Translations under genes and position numbers: made by a program
Part shown: piece after piece, positions 26,981 to 38,900 of the stretch
How positions within the stretch are numbered: the first letter of the stretch is position 1
How the letters are laid out: every line of letters starts with the position of its first letter
Notes under the pieces: generated by a model
What the model saw: only the letters and a program-made list of their open reading frames with translations
The model's database searches: none
What the model was told of the DNA's origin: nothing
Origin: Owenia fusiformis
Taxonomy: Eukaryota
Assembly: GCA_903813345.2 (NCBI GenBank)
Contig: CAIIXF020000001.1
Location: 23,994,001 to 24,058,000 of the forward strand
Length of the DNA: 64,000 nt
Direction of reading: 5' to 3'

Positions 26981-29900
26981 ATGAAAGTTGTTTTGTGTGT
27001 GCTGTATGGCCTGATCATATGGCATGAGCATGTTTCTGCAGCCCTTCCAAATTGGAAACCTGGACCATTTTGTGAGTATACAATGTTTCATTACTTAATT
27101 CATGTTATTATTGGCTGAGGGTAGAAAGTTAAATGGAAATAATACCTAAAAAAAACTTGCTTATATGTCATGTAGCAATCAAGAATTTCCTAGAACCAGT
27201 CAGTAGAGAATAATAAGTGGTGTATCAAACCATAATCCATTTAATGAGAGAAGACTTTAAATCACTTGATTGTATGTGAATGTGTCTAAAAATACCTCAG
27301 TCCCAAATACGAGTATGAAACTTTTATGATCCCAGGGTTGTTTTGAAGCTGTTCATGTAATTTGTATTAAAATGGATAACATATCAATTCCATTTGTAAC
27401 ATTGGTACCCAACATCATTATATGCTAACTTCGTACCATTGGTGCTTGCCTCATTAGTAATGTAATACCTGAGTTCAAAGTAATGTATATTACGTTGATC
27501 ACATGAGTTGATAGTTACTCTCATGTTTACAAACTGTTTCAGTTCAAGAGATCAAAGTGATGGCAAGGTTCGGTAGGGATGTAACTGAAGATTCTATAAA
27601 TGATGGACCAGTGACATACTCATCTGAAGGAGAAAAGGTTATACAATCTACAAATTCAGGTATATTTATTATTTGGATGACCACTAACAACAATCACTTT
27701 TACATGAATGTCAATTGATCAATTATTATCCATATAAGGAATCCTTCCATCTGTCCATTCGGGTGATAACTCAAATTCCGTTCCCCGACTTGGTTCATAT
27801 TTTTGTACACATATGCCCTATGGGAGTAGAATGGCTGCCATTTTTACATGTGTTGATTTACCTTTCTAACTATATATGGCAGCCATTTACATGTTTGTGT
27901 TTGATTTCTTACGACAATTTGGCTTGTGAGCTAAGGCTAAGGCACATGGCTATGTATTATGTATAACCAAACTAGGCAGTATGTTCATTTCATATATTAC
28001 ATTATTGATGTTCCTGTCAGCAAATGTTTTTTCTTGACTGCATTATTCCAAAAATATACCTCAGGGGGCTTACTTCATGCAGGTACACAACTGTATGTAG
28101 AATGAAGTAGAGGCCCTTTTCCTTGATTCTTTTTCTAATGTTTTATGTGTAAATTAAAAACTTTTGAACTCATGTACTTTTAAATAGTTGAATGATTAAT
28201 TTAAAATGATTTATTCCAAGATTTATTTCTCAAATTCCAGTGAGACATCCCATTTTTTTTGGGGGGGGGACATTGATAACTTAATCTTTTTGTTGAATAA
28301 TTTGAATGCAGTTTCATCATATATCTTTCACTTCTGCTTTCATATGTCGTTAATGCATATTAAATATGCCTGTATGGTCATATAACCCCTAATAATTGCT
28401 CATACAAAATCAGTCAAACATGTATAGTTGCAACTGATACAGATTGTTAAATTGGATTGTGAGTTGATCAAATAATTAATGGAACATGCACACAATGCTT
28501 GCTTTGGGGCCTATAAGCTAAAGTTCCATGTGCATTATGGCAAGTGATTTTAGACAGTCATATCTTTCACCATGAGTTCTTTCTGGGCATAAATACAGTA
28601 TTTTTTATTAAGACAATATGTTTTCTTTCAAGTGATGTCCCCATGGTGATAAAAATATCAATCGAACAATTCGAAAAATTGTAAATAGGGACCCCACATC
28701 AACAATTTTTTCAAAATATAGAACTTATTTGCTCAAAGAGGATCTTCTTTTTCTGATTTTTATTGCATGAAAAGATTATTCAACATGGGGTTTAAAACAT
28801 CTTCTAAAGTAGAATGGTATTGAAAGTCTAGTTTTGAAGATATCAATTTTCGATGACCAAAATCATGCTGAAAACAATGGATAGCATGAGTTTTCCCTAT
28901 TGTTGGATTGATATTTTACTATCACGGGGACTTCACTTTAAAGAAAACATATTGTTTTAATTAAAAACCATTGTATTTATACCCAGAAAGTACTCATGGT
29001 GAAAGATATGACTGTCTTAAATTACTTGCCATAATGCACATGGAACTTTCACTATGATCATTTAAATGAATCATTTTCACTTTTTCAGTATTCATTGATC
29101 TTATTTGTTTCTTAATTTTAGGTGGTATTGGTTTAGGGCTCCATTTTCTTTCTGACTATCACCCTCCATTTGTCAATTCAACCTCCAAAGAAGAGGCAAT
29201 TACACTAGATGGTGATGCGACAATAACACTAGATTATGAAGTTCCTCAAAACGGATCATGTCTTGGTCATGTAGCAGCATGTGATCACTGGATACTTGGC
29301 TTTTGGTTTGCGCATAATGTTCCTCGCCAACAAGAAGGACCTAGCAGGTGGGGAATTCTTGCTTTGGGGTCTGAGAGTGCAACCAATGATGGTCTCTATA
29401 TGTACTTTGAACAGGATATATCTACCTACGTCGTTGGCATGAAACATGATGATAAAGAGTACCAAGTTATGTTTCAGACAGAGGTATATACACATACAAG
29501 TTTTACCCTGAATTCTTCTTGCAGTCACTTTTTTTAAGTGAGAGTGGAACAAAAGAATATTTTCTAAAAAGGATAGTTATTTTCAAGCTTCCTAAAGATC
29601 TTTGTCATTAACAAGGGTGGGTAGGTTGTTTAGCAGTAAATGAAATAGACTGCATGTGGAAATAGGTGTCACTCTTAGGAGACAATACCTTTAAGCCCAT
29701 TATCTAATCAAACAAATGGATTTTGTTTAAATTTTATATGCTGATGCCTAGAGAAACATGTAAAGGAGATCTGCTCAAAAATACATTTTCAAAAAAAACT
29801 GGTCGACGGATTTGGTTCAAATTTTATGTATCGACAAAGGAGCTCTCCCCAAGAAAAAAATTTCTAGATGGCACTTGAATTTCAAAATGACCACTATTTA

Positions 29901-32900
29901 TAGGAAAAAACACAATCTTTGATAACTTTACCAGTTAATGAATTTGGTTTTAATTACCATTTGATGGATTTGGTTCAGATTTTATATGCTTATATATAGG
30001 GGCAAAGGAGCTCTGTTCAAGAAGAAATTTTTAAGATGGCCATTAATTATCAAAATATGTTTTGTTCAATGGAATTTGCTTGGAATTTGCTTGGAGTTGC
30101 TGTTTTTCTAACTGAATGCGTTATAATTGTTGTAGGAGTTAAACCTGGAACTGGATAGTGATACAACAACCACATCAGAAAGTGAGATGACCAAATACCA
30201 CTACATAGTAATTGGTTGGAATGTTGAATCTATCGATTCATTACATGAGTTACCTTATACATTTCCTCTTCAAGTCCTTTATGATGATCAATATGTCCGT
30301 GGAGATACCCATGTGAAGAACATTACTTTATCAGCCAGAAGTGAAAGTACCAGTCCTCTGGTTATTCTTGGCGCCATTCCACACTGTGCCCCAGAAACCT
30401 CCATGACCTTTCATTCGTTCACTTTTGGAACAGGACGCCTTATGCCTGTTGCAATGGGCATTCCCTGGAAACCCTATGCAGGTTTTGAGATACTTTCAAT
30501 TCCATATGATCCAGGTAATTAGTACTCAATAAGACATGTTTGTGGTATCATGATCTTTGAAAAATGGATGCATAAACACATGCTGACAGTGCACTCTTAC
30601 GCTGCCCTCATGAAATATTCTAATACCAAATACATAAAGAATGATACAGGATGCTTTCATCCTGAAATCAATCAAATTTTCATAATTCTTCATGAAATAT
30701 TTGCATGATTTTTTTAATGTTTTATCTTCAGTTAACTTTGCCCCAAGCCGGTATCTTTTACTTATCTGATCTTGAATCATTACCACCTTCTACAATCTAA
30801 TGCATCATCGCTGATATTATGATGCGTTATTCAGCAGTTTCAAGATATCCATAAAGAAGACCTAGTTCATTTAGTCGTGAATCTGATTCAGAGATTGATC
30901 GGAATTGTATCATGTTCAATCATAACAGCAATCGTGTCAATGTTTCTAGTTGAAATCTTCTCACCTCTGGGTATCTGATCGATGCTCTGACATCCACTAA
31001 ACCCTGATTGATATTTATCTGATAATGTATTTTCATGATAATTTTTGCAAGATATGATTGTGAAAAGTCCCAGTGAAAAATGCATAATAATGAGCTAATG
31101 CTGCAGGGCCATCATTGATTGGTCAAATTTACTGACATAAACATTGGGTGGGCTAAGCACGTGGCTTTCTTATTTGTACAAGGTGGTCATAATAGAAATC
31201 AAGACAAGTAAAACCGACAGACTTGGGGCAAGTTTTCAGTGTTAGAAAAATAATAAATAACATAGAAATAAATATAGAAAATAACAAATTATGCATAGCT
31301 TTAATATTCAGAAGTACTCCATTTACTCTGTAGATATTATCTAATTGAAACCTACCTAATGTCCAAAACAAGAAAGGACACAGACTTGGGCAAGGCCACC
31401 CCCATGTTGGTTATAATTATGTTGTATGTAATTACTGTTGCAGCACTACAATGTGAACCAGGGTGGATTTATTTTGATGGTGCTTGTCATACTCTGCTGA
31501 AGAAGTCATCAGACTATACAGGGGACTACATATGCAGCAGTATTGGAGCCAGAAAAGGAATCGTAAATTCAATAGAACGATTTAGCTTCGACAACTCTTT
31601 GCTTTCCTCAAATGAGTTTTTTGCAAATGACAAAATTGAGGTTACCGTAGAGGTTAGAACATAATCATACCAGTTTTAAATAACTACGATCCATTATAAT
31701 CTGAATTAACACCTGAAATATTCAATCCAGCGCACATATTCAAATCACTTTGGTACTATATAATCCTTGTAATAATGTCTCAGCCTCTATATTGCGATGC
31801 AGTTGTCTGAGGTAGACTTTGAGAATATAAATTCTATCATGTTTAACTGGCATATTTTTTCCAATGTTGAATTTCACTGACATTTTTTAGAATTTCACAA
31901 CTCCAGAAGGTCAAGTCAATGGTGGTGCGTGTGGCTATCTTGATCGTGTTACAACATCCTACATCATATTTGACTGTAACAATGATGACGGAAATTCTAC
32001 ATATGTGAGATGTGAAACAGATCCAAATTGTAACTCTGATTCCTTGTTTTGCAACAATCCAGCAAGTAAGTATTACACATATTACACATGTTAAAGTCAC
32101 TTTGCCAGACTTTAGAGGGTGGAATTAGGGATTTCAAGAACTTCTCAAAAATAGTCTTACTTTTCTATTAGCATGGGCTCAGGTGCCAAAAACAGCCGAT
32201 CCATGGACATATATCATTTCGAAAATTAGGTGCAAAAAATTTCTTTTGAGTATTTTCAGACCATGGATTCTCATAATGAAAACTGGATTAAACATTAATT
32301 CTGAATATGGCTTAGAATACTGTAATATTAGCATGATTATTTACTTTTTTTAATAATTATGTTGCAGTGCTACAACTTTTATCTAAAATTAATAAAATAT
32401 GTATCAAAAATTACCCATAGAAGACAAGCTGAACACACTGAGCTAAATGGTAAAAGTATCAGTCTTTCAAGGGTTCAAATCCTGGCCGTGGTGAAATATT
32501 ATCCCATCCAATGAAGTTTGATGGGATAAAGGGACCCCTCTGTCCATGGCTAAGAATGAAATAAATACTCTAAGAAGAACATCATGGAATACCATGGCCC
32601 TCTCTTCTTGCATCATAGATTGCCATGGTATTTGGTATAGGGTACTTTCCATTTAGAATTGGTGGAATCGACAGACAAATCAAATTCGTAATAACAAACA
32701 CGTGATTAAGCGTCACTTCTCAAAATAGATTTCTCAATGAACTGCATAGCAATGGTGTAATTAACAATTTCTGATTGAAAACGGTCAATTCCTTGCAAAC
32801 TTGCAAAGTTTTCACTTATTTTTAACAGTTCCTTTGAATAATTATATATTTTTCGTACAAATGAATTTTTATAACATGAGAAATAAACATCTTTTAAGAT

Positions 32901-35900
32901 ATGGTATTTAATTGGAAGGAAACATGTGGCCTTTACACACTATGTGTTTACGATTTTTGCTGTAACTTGAAAAGGAGTGGGGTTATTTTTTCATTTTTGA
33001 TATAGGAATACTATATAATGGCACAATGTCTAATGACACACTTTATTTTTTGATTTGATTTGATTTGAAAACTATATTTATTCTGGGTAGCCCTATCAAC
33101 ACAAAACTGGTCTTCCTAGAGGCCCAGTTATAATTTACAATTATTTACAATATGTACAATAAATGTAGAAACATACAAATAGATACATAGGACATATAGA
33201 ACAATTTGATATATATGCATCTTCAAAGTATGCATTAACATATATGTTTCATTATACCAAAGAAAATTACTCACTCCATGCAATAGATACATCATTTGTG
33301 GGTTACTCCCACTTCTGTTTGAAGTTCAATAACGCTGGGAGCAAAAGCAATTGAAAATGGTGCAGGAGTATCATCTTTCAAAATGTACCATTTCTTGTTT
33401 AATTTTCTTATGGCACGATATTGTGACACAATAATATTTTCACATGGTTTAAGCATAATTATGAAGGTATAAATTAGATGTTGATGTATTTGGTCTTCTT
33501 AATTCTTTTATAAAGAATAATATGTTTTTTTGTTCCCTGTGACGGAGCAGTTGCAGATGTGAACTGTGAAAATGCTCTGCCACAGTGGACAAAAAATGTT
33601 TATATTATTTTTTATAAAAAAATTAAAAAGACCCAATGCATTAATGTCTCATTACTACATTCAGAGTTATGCTGAAAATGTATGTTAATATTATCATGTC
33701 ACTATATCATACACTTAAAAAGTAATAAAAGAAATGGTAGATTTTAAAGTTTGATACTCTGGTGCTGTTTTCAATAACTTTTACTCCTAGCATTATTGGA
33801 CTTCAAACAGAAGTAATGGTTACTCGCAAATGATATATCCATTGCATGGAGTAAGTAAACTTCTTTGATAAACAGAAACATATGAGTTAAGAAAAATAGC
33901 ATGCTCCGTCACAGCGGACAAATCTTTCGATACCAGCCTGTGATAATACTTAAGGAAAATATTTGTATTGCCTTGACATGGGGATGTGCTTCATTGACTT
34001 CAAGTGGTACTCAAACCATTTAAACAGGCAATGCGCCTATTTTTGAAGGAAAAAGGACAAAATATGAGTGTCACTCACACAGTCAATCAAATATGATAAA
34101 AACTTTAATTTGGGTCAATACTGAAGTGAAAAAAATTACTCGTATAGAAAACAGGATTTGAAGTTCAGAGATCAAAAGAAGTGAATTACCACTTTTCACA
34201 AAGTGTATGTGTTTAAATAACTCCTGGATTAAAAGATGGCACATGGTTAAAAATCCTATCAAAAATGAATGGATAATTAATGCAAACAACAATGTCATCT
34301 TTCTATGGCATTGCTAAAACTTGACATATATAAATTGATAGATCAAAAATATTTTTTCATGATCTAGTGTCAACTCTGATGTGGTCTGTTTGAGCTGTTT
34401 TTGGTGTCAAATGAAAGATCAGGTACTTATTAATCTATTGGAAATACTATGAAGATCAAAAGTGAGACTTCGTTTACGCACTTTGTCCCTTTAACTAGAT
34501 TTAGATATATTCATGCTATCTTACCATATGAAGGCAACACTTTACGATGGTGAACCATCAACAATTCTAGAAGTTCATTTAATCATGATATCCGGGATAT
34601 AAAGTCAGCACGTGGCTATTTTCACAGCAAAACTGATTTCATTTTCAGAGCAAAGATTTTACGTCATGTGACATGACGTGTGTGGTTGAAACAATTTGCC
34701 GCGTAATACAATTCTGTAGATAAAAATGAAACCCTGGCTCACAAAACCTGTTTATCACTCTTATGTTGAGCCAATTATTGCATAATTGAGGCTATTTTCA
34801 TAAATTTTTCAAAGGGTATCATATCACTTGCAATTGAGTGCAGAATAAATTGAGCTGAGACGCTATTGAAAACATGTAAGTTATATAACAGCAAATATCC
34901 ACAGTGACATCTATATGAAAACCTAGTGTAATCAGTATTTAGTAATTTTTGAACACGGGGGACATACTCCAGGCAGCATGATGAGATATTTTTATTTGAG
35001 GGCAAGACTGTCCTCCATGCTTTTGGGAATGGCTTTTGGGGAGCCATAGCTTTAGGTGCACCACCTACACTTAAGGTGTGTGGAGAGAGATACGCCTTGG
35101 GGGCGATTTGGCTTTTGGGAAGCCATAATAGGTGCATAAGGGCACCACCCACACTTTGGGAGTGTAGAGAGAGATACGCCTTGGGGGCGATTTTGCTTTT
35201 GGGAAGCCATAATAGGTGCATAAGGGCACCACCCACACTTAAGGTGTGTGGAGAGAGATACGCCTTGGGGGCGATTTGGCTTTTGGGAAGTCATAATAGG
35301 TGCATAAGGGCACCACCCACACTTTGGGAGTGTGGAGAGAGATACGCCTTGGGGGCGATTTGGCTTTTGGGAAGCCATGAAAGGTGCATACTGTAAGGGC
35401 ACCATCTACACTTAGGGAGTGTGAAGATACACCTTGGATATGTGTGAAGAAATTTCAATGTCATTCGAGGGTGGGTGATCATTCCTTGTGATTCAGGTTC
35501 GTTTAGAAGAGGATGTATACCTCAGCGGTACTAAATTCCCTCTTGATTTAGTTGATGAAGAAATACATTCGAATATACTCATCTTTCGAGTGATGATGAT
35601 GTTTCTGCATGCATTGTTCGCGGGCAATTTACTGTACCTTCAGCAGAATATGTAATAAATGGAAATAGTAAGTTGCCTATTTGGGATAGTGCATATTCTG
35701 TGGCATGGTTTATTGGATTGGACTAGTTTGTATCTTAAAACAAGTGTATTTACCACTGTGTTCAATTTTGATTTCGCATTGGATAGGTTATATAAATGTG
35801 AGCAAGTAGGTTTATTTTTATCTAAGGATTAGGAGGAGAGTTTTTTTTTGTTTTTTTTTCATATATTTCAAATTCTTTTTTACAATGAATGTTCAAAGAA

Positions 35901-38900
35901 TTAACAATTAATAAAATAAGACCCCAGAGGATTGAAATTAGCTACACATGTCTTCTCCCATAAACACAGTAAATCTCACTCCAGGAATTCCTGAAAAGTG
36001 CTTATTAAGTGTTTATACACAGAAGAAATATGTCAATCATATTTCACCCAGTAAAGATCCTATTTTGAAAGAGATGGAGTATACACAATAAGTCCAAATT
36101 TAGTCTGTTCCAAAGTTAGATAATCTTATTTATGTGTCTTGTGGATTCTGGTCAACAGCCTGGGGTAGGGAAAGAACTTTGTCTGGGCCATCTTTAATGA
36201 ACTCAAAGATATGATCATGTATCCATTTAAGTCCTTTCTGTTCACTGACACAGATGCTGTTAAGAAGTATTTCATGGGCAATGTCAATCCATTTTGCCTC
36301 AGGGTCTTTAAGTAATGTCCCTTGTATCTCAGATTCTTTCATGTCATGGGATATAATCACAAAAAATCATCAAGATTAGCAATATATACATCTATGTTCT
36401 CATCTCCACGTTGTTGATGAGCTAGAAAGGTATCATGTATGACAGTGTTACGCTTATTGTCTTCTAAACGTGACTTTAGATCATCGCTGTTAAACTGTTC
36501 CTTACTAAGCTTGCTCTCAACAACTGTTGCTTTTATTAAGGTTCCATCTGTGTTTGTAGCAATATTCTGTGTGTGTATCCTTGCACTTACTGCTTTACTT
36601 TCAGTTTGAGTAATATCAGTATGTTTATCTGTATTCGTAGAAATATTCCGTTTTCGTATCCTAGGGCTTACTGCTTTACTTTCAGTTTGAGTAATGTTTG
36701 TTTGACTACAGGAATCATTTGACAAAATACTGTCTGTGTTGCTTGATCTATTCACTGTCTGACTTTTGTATCGAGAATTATTCCTTTTGGTTGATGGACA
36801 CTGTAGTTTAAGTTTTGGTTCAGTTTGTTTTTCGTCCAAACATTTCATTACATTATTGGTGGTCTGTGTGTTTAAATCCTCTCCAGATGTCTGTTTATCA
36901 TTTTGAATTGATGCAGGTTCCATACATATTATGTGTACTCCAACATTTTCATGTGTGTTTTGATATGGTCCCTCACTGGTTACACTAACTTGTTTTGGTA
37001 TGAATGGCTTTGCTTCAGACCAGTCAGCTTCACTCAGAGGTGTTGAGGTATGAGTGCCTGCTAATTTCCTATTGTTCTCCGTTTCATTATAAAACATGGT
37101 ATTGTATTGCGAATCATTATCACAGCTGGATTGTTTTAAGTGAGAGTTGTTGAACTGGGTCATTCTAACTTGGTCTCTGTGTACTTGTTTTGTATTTTGC
37201 CTGACCTCTTGTCCAGTATATTCACCTGTTGTAAATCTCAAACTTATACAGGGTGGGCCAAAAAAACGCCACTTTTTTTTCAAAATGCTATAACTTTTTT
37301 AATTTTTGATACAAAATCATAATTCACATACCAAATGAAACTTGAGGTTGTTATCTAGCCATTGATCATGAATTATACACTTTTACTTAAATAAAATATG
37401 TCACCAGCGTCTCACTTAAACATGTGGTGTGCCATGAGAAATAAGCATAATTTGGATAATGTTCCTAAACTGATACGCCCTGATGACCGCCAGCTAATAG
37501 CCTTTATTCAAACCCAAGTGAGTATAGGGCATGGGGAGGTCTCCAGGAGATGGTACGAAGGCACCAGATCTAAAAAATTGCTTAACTAAAGCTGGCAATT
37601 AAGACACATTGAAAAAATATAGCTAACATTTCATTGATACTGCTATATCAGCAAGGTGACTAAAACTAAAATCTATCATCAAATGGGGTGGCGGACCAAT
37701 TGAACTCCTCTTTTTAGATCAAATAAAATCCCAGTTGAAGGACTCGTTACATTATATTATTACTAAGAACCCTTGGCACTATATAACTGCAAAATTTGGG
37801 GTATTTAGGTTGGAAAATAAAAAAGTTATAGTGTCTTGAAAAAAAAGTGGCGTTTTTTTTGGCCCACCCTGTAGTTGTATACAATCCATTGCCTTGCATT
37901 TTATAGTTGTAAAACATCTGTCCTTGCAATTTTAGTAATTCCAATAAGTTCTCCACCACTTTAGGTAACATATCCATTATATTTTGAGAAATTATATCGT
38001 AGAATAAGTCACTTTTATGCTAAAAACTGACCAAATTTAGGAGCTCTAAAAATTGCCAACCTGTCCAGTAAGGGACCAACTCAACTCAATTAGGAGGAGA
38101 GTGGTCAGGCTGTTTTAGTAGGGTGCAGGGGATATGGAATGTATACAGATATGTAACTGACATTTTGCCCCAAACCTTAACGTGAAGTACTGGTTGAAGT
38201 ATATATGTCACTGTGCGTAGGGTACTATCAACAGTTACATCTATATGAAAACCGAGAGCAATCAGTATTTAGTAACTTTTGAAATCGTGGAAGTGGCTTT
38301 ATACTTCTTGGTGTTGGGAGAGTTTCTATAGCCTATGGTAATTAACTTAATAGTTATTGAAAAAACTTCCCACCACTCCCGCCCATGTTTCGGTATATAT
38401 TAGAATTTTAACGGATAACCATGCAAGTTGGATTAACCTCCTGTAGAGATCAACATGTGATGCTGCCACTAATTAATTTGATAATTAGCAAATAAGGATT
38501 TCATAAGATTATCATTCATCAAATTGGATTAACCTCCTGTAGATATAGACATGTGATGCTACCACTAATTAATACCCCTTGCTGTTTGTTTCAAACTTGA
38601 TAAGTAAGATTAAGAATGTCAGTTAAAAAACAAATGAATTATTAGCAGTAGGAAACGAGTCTTCAAACATTTGTCAAATCTACGTGCCTGAGACTGGCAA
38701 AATGAGGAGGATTAAGAATGTCAGAAAACATTTCTGGCAGAATGAGGAGGATTAAGAATGTCAGAAAACATTTTTGGCAGAATGTCAGACACCTTTTTGA
38801 GTAAAACAAATGGACAATTTCAGATGACTTATTCATATGAATTAATTTTTTTCTCATAGGGAGGCATTTAATTGAATATGTTTTGTTATCATTGTTGGGT

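Larger units (their letters stand above)
35842..38088 (-). mobile_element. Retroposed poly(A)-tailed insertion with 14-bp TSD, carrying one intronless orphan ORF and no reverse transcriptase
   Basis: ATTAGGAGGAGAGT at 35828-35841 and 38089-38102. A T-tract at 35842-35859 (poly(A) on minus strand) abuts the left copy. The ORF runs on the same (minus) strand. Confidence 0.8.

Noticed and set aside
31359-31664. ORF with an apparent signal peptide plus lectin-like start as a standalone gene
   Set aside because: The hydrophobic part is intronic sequence before the acceptor at 31443; the rest splices in phase into the polycystin model.
34775-35482. Overlapping repetitive ORFs (77-153 aa range) on both strands
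   Set aside because: By-product of an 84-bp (multiple of 3) GC-rich minisatellite.
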